Virus record (IMG/VR): IMGVR_UViG_3300043411_001777
Location: 62,001 to 126,000 of that record
Reading direction: 5' to 3' (one strand)
DNA: 64,000 nucleotides
Numbering within the stretch: position 1 is the first letter of the stretch; each line of letters opens with the position of its first letter. Positions 55,501 to 64,000 of this stretch are shown piece by piece. The translations under genes and the position numbers were made by a program. The notes beneath the pieces were generated by a model. That model did no database searches. It had not been told where the DNA came from and saw only the letters and a list, made by a program, of their open reading frames with translations.

Positions 55501-55793
55501 ACCCCTTGCTCTTCCTCATCCTCTAGAGATCCAACCACATCCTTAGTGGGCCCAAGGACAAAGTAGTTGCTCCAATTCTCATCGAACTGGAAATCGTCCG
55601 TAGCCCGAGTCGGGTCCATAAAGAACCCAGAGGGCATTGCCGCCTGCACACCAGCCCTAAAGCGCTCCCAATCAGCTTGGCCGATAAGGTTGAGGTCCGC
55701 ATCTAGCGGAGGCTTACCCGCCTGCAAAACGACCAAGCCAAAGGATCTGGCCGTTGCACTTAGAGTGCGCGAAACTTTGTCGCCAAGATTCAT
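49554..55793 (-). CDS. very large virion structural protein (2079 aa)
   Basis: length, G/T/D/A-rich composition, position next to baseplate-like genes. Confidence 0.75.
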   Translation of the reverse strand: MNLGDKVSRTLSATARSFGLVVLQAGKPPLDADLNLIGQADWERFRAGVQAAMPSGFFMDPTRATDDFQFDENWSNYFVLGPTKDVVGSLEDEEEQGVVVANVNGWIIPVTGTRVEAEGEYENVVKLYPPPSSTYRIDLVFLEAWAALIRPNPSTANKPSASTLWKHGNVLYGGTNITDDLEDSDIGQETAARVQVQYRLRTFGQGNTASSGVALDVYPDGLDDPDVLGQGTAADPIAGLTFSNMRAVLGDAGLWRAGDGDPDNELGTIDGYTYAIPVAAIFRRNTAAFTAVAVGNPNHNGAFDRNPSAAGLPDPLDGARELLTGTLTAAITHTTDAVAVTVTGLNGSGLEDGDLVLANTFLMIDDEIVGLSAVNAGGGTFTISGRGRYGTAAVGHPAGSVVKFFTSHPDGLFADQIAERDVLDLRRAVTQGEWDYKRILEHNVQALLSGNLRTAWKTSGSGNSQGPVVSEVGYLLADGGTAVPNMTEALDGPDGVRTIWSDAAVIQPNVTLLLDHEATKIDGGVGFGDSSQFDTLVEWDVAPGFKPIGFQNTSGIPADSWVNGSHIQLFIGGADGNGGARGTFRDGATRAVRFLTPAEAWKTHTPTDETGNQTPITLRFQGSRGLEAPPVDVLNPENHSGPMYPWRGANFEHPFLVLGGLLNDTLRVEGLAATNLVTTDGVYEIDLGIDFDVEDTYFSLDANGQFENEPGNLGEPLKNGRKTLYGMLTNNGLDRTGNSSGVYVLLWGDADSNYNNGAFKVLGCGTAGYTHVNASNATSIVVQPLSVAPYTGPFDTGTGNSVTVEFRSQEHDADDISDYASRIGDLAIVLTDVGGALYGSGVTDADATDYPWATYNMNEADASYRVAVSSIFADKMLLSLTLQYFPGRGAEARVADGISRIALRSPGASYLRQAPGVLDPTFEAASGMPDDEIMFDSAHIQTWNRLPARGFIAPADVAYGGAVVGFTEQDREAEAFIDKGSKTLLFRPFRAQSMTLKAMTFTGLAPMTGSKTLIGDMTYPDATTKDSLNLATAGQKMGYPIPQEYMPRFGRQDIPYFDDDTGAATFLPGINHLFLDNLTLTSPVFNIIGGEDNVTAGTSVKPLFFVTNEVGSDYGDSSTTIGTVLNKPFYGARKVPADINDADPYAQDIIDRLAAVNSSDLGRGLRGIQLPPHIGIARLQGVFERADYEAKGGRTFLSNRWEVEADPATNLLRQDADRQTLFIFQDGAKDLTTQDHDHTYIIPSNVLDLTRIPGYVAGDEFEDFEYVVEAVVFVFSKGWINKNNFVLARRHTGAGATVVDGANTELEGVGMVLPSAAALNEDLYVCYNRPVYQGDPFGTRNGATRAMTDYTVRYGHISISDQFALATPVQQYDSSGFVPQTANTRAFQVLASLDFSTTLGTGKIGGSLYPGTPLDIGYTENSANAAVRRPSAVDAPNWRVLPRAFSEGQKTNPSRASAKLTLLDADELIVENINGNYYPVTIHKLNGETVPLYGTAALWESDLLAEGVSENGVFIVDQTSKVEMLQLEVSQAFDPVTMLAPRDSAVIAFPGVRRASADGDIRTEVFVTDKFENDKGTATFYAEVTDDDEVTVTLIYNANPTAFEVLPDGEFDGASVFTAAIDFPDVIADGFTDSYDVTVTGVTTSMAALVAIPSTPPAGFVFRAECLLNTVRVWCDNHTGVAVAPGAFATAKIVVFSPPAIANWTITPGTVDLTLTAITTRPDPSVTLANMAACINAHPLLKETVTAIHSRGSSDLILQAVPTGAEGNGIGVEIGPEDFTKFNGMVSEIPCGPVEDVWQLSSAPNNAEVVGATRTFVYLSGGVDLPLNAGNGTTQLKLTGLTERLPLGALVQDSDFLCENPLGDKTSALRSMVSNISPVQSLLPLTGEGDEATRFTGAAGELIAMSDGFICTTDFEGYHETDNPLKTKKFRLHRGGGSAFVLSGTTPGGPVDWVSGSFPAASRPVLKGGLLACKALLVRNFYEEALSGPFKVSDGDELQMVILTNAVFGNEDTALNGLTINGTISPTGYGEGYAAADRFRINGRPMIKTNSRRVRNPAAIDLINYPETVRTGTVLDTDS

Positions 55794-55869
55794 GTAGTGT
55801 CCTTAGGGATTTAGCGGGCTCTATTAGCCCACTACCCAAGCTGGTATTATAGCCACTTCACTGCTGAAC

Positions 55870-56499
55870 TCAGTGCGTAAGCCGCCAGGTGATCGACATA
55901 ACGAAATTGTTCGGCTTGTTTATCACTGGGAATGTCAAGTAATTGACCAGGATGTCATATGAGGACACATCAATAGTGTCGTCATAATCCCCAGGGCCGT
56001 TCGTATTCGGGTTCAGAACTAGCGGGTTAGAAGAAATTGGGCAGATAATGCCCATTTCATTTAACGCTCCAACGGCTTCTGACGCCGCAAAGGTTGTCAC
56101 ATAATCGACAATGTTGGTCGGATAAGCTACTGCATTCCCAAGAGAATCCCGGTATTGGGTACTTGCAAAAGCCTTACGGGCCAGCTCACTTTCAAGTGCC
56201 CGCTGCTCATTAGTTGCAGCTCCTAAAGAGCCTGTCCCAACCGCCAACATTGCGGGACCGTTGTGTAATCCAACGTTTGGTACAGTTGAGTTTTTCCACA
56301 ATCGGGCCGTCATGATCCCGGCATCCAAGGTCACAACGTTGAGTTTATCCAGCACAACTTCCGATTGACCCGTAGGATCAATCAGTTCTATGAGAACACG
56401 CCCAACTAAAGACGGGGCCCTGTCCAAAAACAACCCCTGCGCGCTCATGCCCCAGGCATCCCTCGGAGCCTTAATGTGTTCTTTTCTCATATCACCCAA
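55870..56499 (-). CDS. baseplate/tail-associated protein
   Basis: AVGTGS...ALESELARK...FAASEAVGALNEMG pattern typical of tail fibre/baseplate N-termini. Confidence 0.7.
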   Translation of the reverse strand: MGDMRKEHIKAPRDAWGMSAQGLFLDRAPSLVGRVLIELIDPTGQSEVVLDKLNVVTLDAGIMTARLWKNSTVPNVGLHNGPAMLAVGTGSLGAATNEQRALESELARKAFASTQYRDSLGNAVAYPTNIVDYVTTFAASEAVGALNEMGIICPISSNPLVLNPNTNGPGDYDDTIDVSSYDILVNYLTFPVINKPNNFVMSITWRLTH

Positions 56500-59400
56500 C
56501 TAGGTTATGTGTTGCTTGGACCACATCAAACTCATCCGTAAGGATGACTTCAACATCTCCGTTGGACAGGTCCCACCCGTCCATGATACCCGACTCCGTG
56601 AAGAGATCCCCAGAAAACTCAATAACTAGGCCAGCAGATTCCTGCAAAGGCACTCCGTCACAGGCAATAGCCAACAGATTGTTATCCCCGTCGTTATCTA
56701 TCGTGAAGTGCTCGGCCTCTTCCAGATAGGTGCCTTCCGGGTCTGTATACGTCAAGAAGTCACGAGCTAAAGCCCCACCCGTGGAATCCTCCCCCTTCAC
56801 GGCTTTTCCGACTTGGCTTAACACAAAGGGAGGTGTCCCTTCGTTCAACAGAGTTGCCGAATCCCAAAAGGGCTCTGCCCTCAAATAAGTTTCCGTCGGG
56901 ACGGACGCGGAGTAAACCACTGTCACCAGTGGGTTCGCAAACTCTTCCTCAAACTTAAGGGTCAGAATTTGAGAGCGGGCGTCAAAGTCCCAGCTTTCCT
57001 GAGTCCAAATGGTACTGCCGTCAACCACTTTGAAAACCGATTTGGCATATACCTGTGTCGGTCTTAGGTTAACGGAATTACCCCCAGTGACTTCTAGAAT
57101 GACAGACTCGGGGGTGGTATCCTTACCCAGCTCTCCGCTATGAATGACATTGAACCGGTTGAGCACCATAGGGTGCGAGAGACTACGGCTATCCGAAGGG
57201 TGGTTGAAAATGCGGTAACGCACATAATCCCACAACTGCTCGGTAATAGCCTCAGCGTTCAAAGACCCAAAGGAAATCTTTCCCACCAACGAGGTGGCTC
57301 GCGGCAATTGCTTGTATTCGACGTTGATCCAACCTGCGCTAGGCTCCACGGTTTCCGTCAAGAACCCCGAACCCGCAGAGCCACTCTCCGCTACATAGTA
57401 AGGGGGTGCTGCCAAATCCGGCCTAATGACCGTCACACCCCATTCCGGGTCACGCAAGACGCGAACCTCAGTGGTGGCGGTCCAATCCATTTCCTCGATC
57501 GCAGGGCCTACCTGAGCCGAATTCAACGCAGAGGAACTATCGGATCTCGGCAACTCCCAAGAGTCAATATCCCACTCATCCGTCCCACGCAATACGCCCA
57601 AGGTCCGTTTAGCAGACGCCGAAGGGATAGCTACAGCAGTCACCGCCCGCCATAGAATGGTTGCGGTGTCCTCAGCATCCCCTGGCAAATCTGGAAAGAC
57701 GCCCCAAGCGAAACTGGTGTTGTTTCCCGCAACAACAAAATCCGTGTAATCCTGAGTAAGGAGCTGCACCTCACCATCAATGGTTAGGGTAACGGAACCT
57801 TCCGCAATAGCCGTGACTCGATAGATATGCTCAACCCCGTCATTCCAATCGAAGGTATAAGCAACTACAGCCGCCCCATCGGAAACCAAATAGACATAAG
57901 GCACCTCTGCAACAACCGCCAACCTAACAATAACCTCACGCTCCGAAGCCGATCCGAAATTGCCTCCGAAGGAGATTGGAGGGCTTCCCACCAAATTGAC
58001 AACCGTAATGGCAGCTTCAAAGATTCGAGAACCCGAATCAAAACCCGCCATTTCGGTTAGGTCTAACTCAGAAGAGTAGTACCCATAACCATTATTGGTT
58101 TCTGGATTAAGGGACCAACCAGTCTGAAAAAAGGCTTGATTGCGAACTTCTGTCAGAACGACCTGTGTGTCTATATCCCAGCCTTGCTCCTCAGGTGTTG
58201 AAAACCCGATGAAGGAAAGCTGTGCGGGCTTCAAAAGCCGACGATAGGGTGCCGAATACCCCTCTGCATAAAGCAAAGTAGCTAAGAGAATCTTACGCTT
58301 GCCATCGTCAATTAGCAGGGAAGCATCCCCAACGCCTCGGGAACCACTTGTGACACTGAGGTCTGCCTGCAAATCAAGGATAGCCTTGGACGTGAGAAAC
58401 GGCTCATACCTGGAGTAGGTGGCATAAACCCCACTGTGCGCCCCCAAATCTTTGAGGGTCAACACGCTACTGGCTACTGCCCCGCTATTAGACACGCCTT
58501 CTCGGAACCACGGCTCTTCGTTGTCTTCGGGGAGGGCTGTCATTTCGGTCTGAACGAGCACACCCTCTTTCAGCTCCGTTCCCAGGTACGGGACAACCCC
58601 CGCGCGATAAAAGCTCCAAGTAGTCTGGTTCGTCGCAGTACGGCTGAAAGACCCGAAGAAGGTTGCCCCTGTTCCTGTAAGAGGGAGCACCAGAGGTAAT
58701 TCCGAAGGAGGTGGGATCCGTACGCTTGAAGCACTAAGGCTTAGTGATCCCCGAGTATCCCCACTCACCGTGAGTGTGCAAGACGACTCTGCGGTATCGA
58801 CTTCCAAACGATAGGTAAACAGCGTCCGCCAATCTGTCTCAAAATAGACTGTGGGGTACTGCCCCCCAAAAGCTTTATAGCTAGCTGGGAAAACTTCCTC
58901 AATCACAATCGTGGTGTTGACGGCACCTCGGCTAAGGGAGCTTATCGTGTAAGTCCCGGCCTGAACCCCGTCCAAGATTTGGAATCGATCATTCTCTTGA
59001 AAGTCTAGCGGGATACTGGCATTTGGGATCTCAAACGAGGAAGCCGTCTTAATGGTTATCTGGCTGTTTGGTCCGATATTCCAAGAGGCCGTGAGGTCCG
59101 GACGTTCCGGGTTACTCAGCACCCCAACATGACGGACACCATTGATTTCCAAACAGCCGACAAAAAAGAGCTTGCGGTTTGTGTGGCAGCCGAAGCCAAC
59201 CCCAGTAAACACACCATCTAAGGTGTAGGCGTCAATCGTAAACCGGGATACGAAATATCCGGTGAAGGCATACGTGCTGTCAATCGACTGTGAGTAAACG
59301 GCACAACTGTTGCTGTCTTCCTCATATGGAGAGGACGATTCATCTAGCAGGTTGTAGGTCCCATCCGTGTTTGGACCACCCGTGTCTGTTCCGGACAACG

Positions 59401-61171
59401 CCCAACCTTCCTCCGTAGGGACTTGCAAACCCTCCCAGGACACAGGGGCTGCACTCAGGGTTCGCCTGAATGGGTCCACAGCATTCCGCATTGGACGGTT
59501 AAATAGGAGCGTGGTAGGGCTATTTAACGCCGAGGTGTAGGCTCGCTCAAACCCCATATAGCGATGGGCGATATACTTGGGGTTGGGGCGGGTAAGCGGT
59601 CCAAGGACCGTTGCCATGGGGAAACGCCCAGAAGACCCAATGAAGTATTGGTTCAGCACCAGCCCAAGGGTGTTCAACGAAGCGAACTCCATAATTGGGG
59701 AATGCATCCACCGATAGTCAATCTCAACATCAACCGTACCCGGAGCCTGATATGGAATCGGAGTCTCCAAAAGGATGGACCCGTTCCAGGGATTGACTGC
59801 CCGAACAGCAACCTCAGTCCCATTAAGCCGCACAGTAACATCGTTAGGAGTCGCAGGCGTCGCGTCTCCCCAATCCTTGACCAATGGGCCGTGGGTAGTC
59901 AGGAGTACGTTATTTGCGTAACCGTCATCTCCCACAAAAGCATCGGTAACGCCATGCAGGAAGTTGAGCGCCGCAGAGTAAACAGTGCTACTGGAAGAAA
60001 CTGACAATCCACTAATGATGAAGCTATTCGTTGCAATAGCGGCCAACACTACGGCTACCCCAGGGCCTCCTACAGTTGCAGAAACACCCAACAGGTCCGC
60101 GAAAGGGGCAGAGATCCATGGGTGGTCGTTGACCAGAACTGTCCAAATCTCAACATCTGGGTTCCGAACTAACGAAAGGGTACCTCCATCAGACCAATCT
60201 GCGTTCACAGTGGTGGTAAAAGCCCCGGAGACTAGACGCAATTGGTAAGTGCCGGCTGCGTATCGCAGAATAACACTCAAACCATGTCCAGCTCCCGTTG
60301 CTGCATCTGCAAAGACAAACTGCAAGGGTTCAATCGTTCCCGCAATCAATGCCCCCGGATGGACTTCAAACTGGAGATCCGCACGCACCGCAGACGTTGT
60401 TGTTATCTTGCCTGAGGTGTCCCAGAAAGCGTAACCATATTCCGAAACCCCAAGACTCTCCATCACAAGAGCGCCCGAATCTATCACAGAAGACCCAGCA
60501 CCCGCGTTGATGGGTATCGCCAGCAGCTCGTCAGTTTCTAACGGCAGAGTGCTGCCATCATATGTAATTGCCGACGCTGGACTAACTGTTACATCATAGG
60601 TAAGTGACGTCTGGTCACTTACTGTGACCAACACCTTATTATCATCCCCATCGTACGGGTGTGTAATAGACTCTACGACGAGAGATATTGGGTAATCAAT
60701 ACGATCAACAATTTCGTAATCCGAAACTGACCCCGGATCTGACAAATCCGTACTGAACTCCAAAACCACTTCTGTGGGGGAAATGGCCTCAGCCGTAAAT
60801 GTAAAATCCTCACCTCGACACAAGAGGGAAACGGAATCCACCAACGGATTTCCAACAAGGTCTACAGGACCGTTAGGAATCAACGTATAGGTCCCACCCA
60901 ACGTTGTGCCCGTGTGTGTGATCACAATCACCGTGGCCCCACCATCCTGAGTTTCTTCTTCTTCGATATCCGTAATGGATACCGCAACTCCGGTAACCTC
61001 TGCAATACTCCAAGAGGCTAAGTCAAGCACACTCGCTTGCTGCATTGGCTCATTAAAGGTGACCTGTATCTGATACCCGTTGATGCTCAACGGGATCATT
61101 GAGGGGTAATCAGTCTCTACGTCACCAAAAGACGCCTGCCCATATGGACTATGTCCGTAGCCGTTTGCCAT
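56492..61171 (-). CDS. large virion protein (1559 aa), Ig-like N-terminus
   Basis: IQVTFNEPM...DLVGNPL Ig-like pattern; structural cluster. Confidence 0.75.
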   Translation of the reverse strand: MANGYGHSPYGQASFGDVETDYPSMIPLSINGYQIQVTFNEPMQQASVLDLASWSIAEVTGVAVSITDIEEEETQDGGATVIVITHTGTTLGGTYTLIPNGPVDLVGNPLVDSVSLLCRGEDFTFTAEAISPTEVVLEFSTDLSDPGSVSDYEIVDRIDYPISLVVESITHPYDGDDNKVLVTVSDQTSLTYDVTVSPASAITYDGSTLPLETDELLAIPINAGAGSSVIDSGALVMESLGVSEYGYAFWDTSGKITTTSAVRADLQFEVHPGALIAGTIEPLQFVFADAATGAGHGLSVILRYAAGTYQLRLVSGAFTTTVNADWSDGGTLSLVRNPDVEIWTVLVNDHPWISAPFADLLGVSATVGGPGVAVVLAAIATNSFIISGLSVSSSSTVYSAALNFLHGVTDAFVGDDGYANNVLLTTHGPLVKDWGDATPATPNDVTVRLNGTEVAVRAVNPWNGSILLETPIPYQAPGTVDVEIDYRWMHSPIMEFASLNTLGLVLNQYFIGSSGRFPMATVLGPLTRPNPKYIAHRYMGFERAYTSALNSPTTLLFNRPMRNAVDPFRRTLSAAPVSWEGLQVPTEEGWALSGTDTGGPNTDGTYNLLDESSSPYEEDSNSCAVYSQSIDSTYAFTGYFVSRFTIDAYTLDGVFTGVGFGCHTNRKLFFVGCLEINGVRHVGVLSNPERPDLTASWNIGPNSQITIKTASSFEIPNASIPLDFQENDRFQILDGVQAGTYTISSLSRGAVNTTIVIEEVFPASYKAFGGQYPTVYFETDWRTLFTYRLEVDTAESSCTLTVSGDTRGSLSLSASSVRIPPPSELPLVLPLTGTGATFFGSFSRTATNQTTWSFYRAGVVPYLGTELKEGVLVQTEMTALPEDNEEPWFREGVSNSGAVASSVLTLKDLGAHSGVYATYSRYEPFLTSKAILDLQADLSVTSGSRGVGDASLLIDDGKRKILLATLLYAEGYSAPYRRLLKPAQLSFIGFSTPEEQGWDIDTQVVLTEVRNQAFFQTGWSLNPETNNGYGYYSSELDLTEMAGFDSGSRIFEAAITVVNLVGSPPISFGGNFGSASEREVIVRLAVVAEVPYVYLVSDGAAVVAYTFDWNDGVEHIYRVTAIAEGSVTLTIDGEVQLLTQDYTDFVVAGNNTSFAWGVFPDLPGDAEDTATILWRAVTAVAIPSASAKRTLGVLRGTDEWDIDSWELPRSDSSSALNSAQVGPAIEEMDWTATTEVRVLRDPEWGVTVIRPDLAAPPYYVAESGSAGSGFLTETVEPSAGWINVEYKQLPRATSLVGKISFGSLNAEAITEQLWDYVRYRIFNHPSDSRSLSHPMVLNRFNVIHSGELGKDTTPESVILEVTGGNSVNLRPTQVYAKSVFKVVDGSTIWTQESWDFDARSQILTLKFEEEFANPLVTVVYSASVPTETYLRAEPFWDSATLLNEGTPPFVLSQVGKAVKGEDSTGGALARDFLTYTDPEGTYLEEAEHFTIDNDGDNNLLAIACDGVPLQESAGLVIEFSGDLFTESGIMDGWDLSNGDVEVILTDEFDVVQATHNLVG

Positions 61172-63138
61172 TAAAAGGTGTACCAGTTAGTGCCGTCGAA
61201 AAACAAATTGACACTACCGTAGTTCGTAGAGATTACCGCAGAGGCACCCCCATCAATAAGCGACCCATCCGAGGTCGTGATGGTGATTGGGTACGAAGCA
61301 GCCGTGCCGGAAATGTCCTTCACCGTTATTTGAGTGCTGATGGTGATACCCCCGCCAGCCCCGGTGGGCGGAGTTGCAGGCAACTCGACCGAAAAAGGAG
61401 CCGCAGCCGGGTCCACCCCAATAATCTCCCTTCCAAAAGGAACCACATAAGGGGTGGCCCCAGGAGCAACAAAGGCCCGGGTTCCAATTCGTGTGCTCAA
61501 TTCGTCGATAGCATCCTGGACATTGTAAACGGATCCAACCAGCCCCGGGCTAGTCGTTAACCGCTTATTCATGGGGACTGTATTCACCCAATTAGGGTTG
61601 TCCGTCCAAACAGAGTAAGCTACGCTAACCGGATGGCCTGTAGACGAAAAGGTTGTAGGATTCCCAGTCGGGAACGTAATCGGGCCACATGCAGTATGAG
61701 TCAAATACACATTGACATCACCGGATGTACACGTCGTGTCTAATTCAAGCCCATCCAAATTAGAATGTTCGGCCGTAACCGTCAAATTGTCAGTTACGGT
61801 TGAAGCTCCACCATGAGCATTTAGAAGAACCGTACCGCATTTCGAAAACCGCAAGGTTAAGTCAACAGGGCCTTGAATCCCATCGCCAAAAGTCTCAATT
61901 CGGGTGTACTCCAAAATCACAACACAGGTGTCGAGATCAGCATTTGGATTTGCCAAAATACCATTGACCCCTGTTATGTGGCAACGGACCAGGCTCAGTT
62001 GGGAAGGAGCATCAAACTCAACAACCCACGAGGTGGGGTCAACAGCGTCTACCGCACAGCTAAAAAAGCAACTGTCCATTAAGGCGTTCACATTAGCATC
62101 AGCCCTAACCACCCGAAAAGCTGGAGCAGTTGCATCCAAAAACTTCTGGAGAAAAGCACAATTGGTGGCATGAAACACACCCCCAGTCAAATCAAACGTG
62201 GGGTAAGCGACGTCCACAATGCATTCAAATTGGAGGTTCTCCACACAGACAATATCCGTTGCTCCTCCGTTAAAAACGTGAGAGCTTCCGGCCGTTCGGA
62301 GTTGAACTCCGGTCGGGTTTCCTGGGAAAAAGACCCCACCTACCTCAAAACCTCTGTAACCCAAACCTACAAGGTTTACGAAGGGCTCTAACGTAAGGCT
62401 CTCTGCGTACAGGCCCGGCTGAATTAGGATTGTCCAGGGGTTCGTGGAACTTGGGGCAGGCTCACCCCGAGACACTGCATCTGCCGCATAATCAATGGCA
62501 TCCTGCACCGAAGAGAAATCTCCGTGTGCAACAGCCGCCATCGTAATGGCTGAGGTTGCCATGCTGCCAGGCAACTCAAACTCATTAGCTAAGGTGTTGG
62601 GAGTCTCCGTATTATCCCGACCCCTATTGGCATCCACGAAGAGCGTACGGCCGCTAGTGGCAGTTCTGCGAAGCAGGGCAAGCATGCGCTGCATGTTCTT
62701 ATTCTGGATACCCGCCCAACCCTTCGTGCTGATATCCACTGGGATATTCTCGGACGGATCCCGCTGCTCTGTGGGTGAGATAAGCTCCAACTGAGCAAAA
62801 TCAGTCTGGCACCGTAACGCTACGTACTGAACGTCTTCCGTTCCCAGCCCAGAATCTATCAACAGCCGAACAAGATAGGTCCCTTCATTGTCCACTACAA
62901 AATTAGCAGTTTGTGAGTTAGCATTATCAGGTGCCAAAAACACAGCGGCTGAGGCCGTCCCGTCTGGACGGTCAGGAATGAATGAAAGGGACCAAAGGTA
63001 TGTAGCCGCCACATTGATAGAGGTAAGGGCTACTTCATACCCAACCAGCAAATCGCTACGGCTTGCATTATCCACCGTTGGTGGGACCACAGGGCCCCCC
63101 AAACTAGAATGTAGCACTGATCGAATGTTAGCAGTCAC
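61171..63138 (-). CDS. tail fibre/spike-like protein (PKD-like N-terminus, beta-helix-like middle)
   Basis: YLWSL...GTYLVRLLI; FSSVQDAID...ILIQPGLYAE; C-terminal TVKDISG...LFFDGTNW; AAGGAG SD. Confidence 0.7.
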   Translation of the reverse strand: MTANIRSVLHSSLGGPVVPPTVDNASRSDLLVGYEVALTSINVAATYLWSLSFIPDRPDGTASAAVFLAPDNANSQTANFVVDNEGTYLVRLLIDSGLGTEDVQYVALRCQTDFAQLELISPTEQRDPSENIPVDISTKGWAGIQNKNMQRMLALLRRTATSGRTLFVDANRGRDNTETPNTLANEFELPGSMATSAITMAAVAHGDFSSVQDAIDYAADAVSRGEPAPSSTNPWTILIQPGLYAESLTLEPFVNLVGLGYRGFEVGGVFFPGNPTGVQLRTAGSSHVFNGGATDIVCVENLQFECIVDVAYPTFDLTGGVFHATNCAFLQKFLDATAPAFRVVRADANVNALMDSCFFSCAVDAVDPTSWVVEFDAPSQLSLVRCHITGVNGILANPNADLDTCVVILEYTRIETFGDGIQGPVDLTLRFSKCGTVLLNAHGGASTVTDNLTVTAEHSNLDGLELDTTCTSGDVNVYLTHTACGPITFPTGNPTTFSSTGHPVSVAYSVWTDNPNWVNTVPMNKRLTTSPGLVGSVYNVQDAIDELSTRIGTRAFVAPGATPYVVPFGREIIGVDPAAAPFSVELPATPPTGAGGGITISTQITVKDISGTAASYPITITTSDGSLIDGGASAVISTNYGSVNLFFDGTNWYTF

Positions 63139-63156
63139 CGATACTCCTTTCCCCTA

Positions 63157-63999
63157 TCAAGGACTATAGAAGAAATGGGAGACGTCCTCTCCCTCAACCA
63201 ATCGAGGGGTCTTTACTCCAAGCCGGTCCACCCCCACAGTATAGGACTGTCCGGTAAGAACTCGTGGCATTCGCTTGTACAAGCGAAGAAGACTGGGAGC
63301 AATTTGGACTTCCGTGTAAGTCCCAACAGGGACCACAAAACCCAATTTCCCCCCATCATTACCAGATAGGGCGTCAATTCGATAAGAACCGAGGTTGGGG
63401 CCTTCCGAAAACGTTAAAACCTCACCCTCAACTACCGATGCGAAATCCTGATCCGGATCGGTTACCGAATAACCACTGACAGTCGCAAGCCCCTCAAGAC
63501 CTGAGCTAGTGGTATATCGCCTGGGTGTGCTGTCATCAAAAACAAAGCCCAACACTTCCCGAACTCGATAGGTATTGGCATTCAGTCCAGCGTGGATTAC
63601 CAGCTCTGCACCCGGCAGGATATGCTCAAAGGACCTTGAGGTGTCCGAAAACAGAGTGCGATCCACCCATGTCGTACCCCCCTCTCCAGAAAGAGACTTA
63701 ACCCCTCCGCAATACTTTCGGTAATCCTCATAGTTGTAGGAGGATCCCGTCGCAAAGAACTCATCCTCAGGAACGGGGATAGTTTCGAGGAAGAGGTGTC
63801 GGTAGCTGTAAAGCACGTGAGCAGGCTTAAGTGCGCGAAGAACAATTCTGGCATTTTCCTGCAACAAGGCAGGGTTTTCGGGAAACTCTGTGCCCTCATC
63901 TTGAGAAACAAGGATTTCAAGTGAGAACTGGCTTCCCAAAGGTGCATTACTTCGCCGATCTCGATAGGTTATCGGCGTCTCAAGCACCGAGATATCCGC
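63157..63999 (-). CDS. baseplate wedge-like protein, 5' end outside the window
   Basis: RALKPAH motif; frame stays open to the window edge. Confidence 0.65.
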   Translation of the reverse strand, partial: ADISVLETPITYRDRRSNAPLGSQFSLEILVSQDEGTEFPENPALLQENARIVLRALKPAHVLYSYRHLFLETIPVPEDEFFATGSSYNYEDYRKYCGGVKSLSGEGGTTWVDRTLFSDTSRSFEHILPGAELVIHAGLNANTYRVREVLGFVFDDSTPRRYTTSSGLEGLATVSGYSVTDPDQDFASVVEGEVLTFSEGPNLGSYRIDALSGNDGGKLGFVVPVGTYTEVQIAPSLLRLYKRMPRVLTGQSYTVGVDRLGVKTPRLVEGEDVSHFFYSP

Positions 64000-64000
64000 G

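Noticed and set aside
1-64000. Stop-codon reassignment, tRNA genes, integrase/transposase, reverse transcriptase/DGR
   Set aside because: Genes are intact in the standard code with TAG, TGA and TAA all used at stop-start overlaps. No such elements were recognised by eye; a tRNA scan was not run.
1-64000. Host bacterial chromosome (because of infC, purA, rtcB, polA, dnaB)
   Set aside because: These genes lack their usual neighbours (e.g. no thrS/rpmI/rplT around infC) and sit among phage-type hypothetical, lysis and baseplate genes.

Overview
This window is best read as a 64-kb segment of a large tailed dsDNA bacteriophage, probably a jumbo myovirus. It is gene-dense, uses the standard genetic code, and shows no rRNA, tRNA, CRISPR array or integrase. 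Positions ~0.4-18.8 kb (+ strand) form an accessory region of small overlapping hypothetical genes plus RtcB, a short-form PurA, a HAD deoxyribonucleotidase, a NADAR fusion, a macrodomain and a HicA-like/NUMOD4-like fusion. Positions 18.8-24.5 kb (- strand) carry a zincin protease, an adenine methyltransferase and a DHH phosphoesterase. Positions 24.5-32.6 kb (+ strand) carry a methyltransferase-SF2 helicase fusion, IF-3, an amidase endolysin and a LamG protein. Positions 32.6-38.8 kb include a 2H phosphoesterase, an HslV/proteasome-like protease and a cyclic-phosphate receiver-like protein. Positions 38.8-48.3 kb (- strand) are the replication module: family A DNA polymerase, a CHC2-only primase-like protein, a DnaB-like helicase, a degenerate loader and a SNF2 helicase. 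Positions 49-64 kb (- strand) encode very large virion/baseplate proteins. The most striking feature is two inteins placed back-to-back at one site just before polymerase motif A; the second is a mini-intein with a DnaJ-type zinc finger where a homing endonuclease would normally sit. All family assignments come from motif recognition by eye; no database searches were run and the host is not determined.
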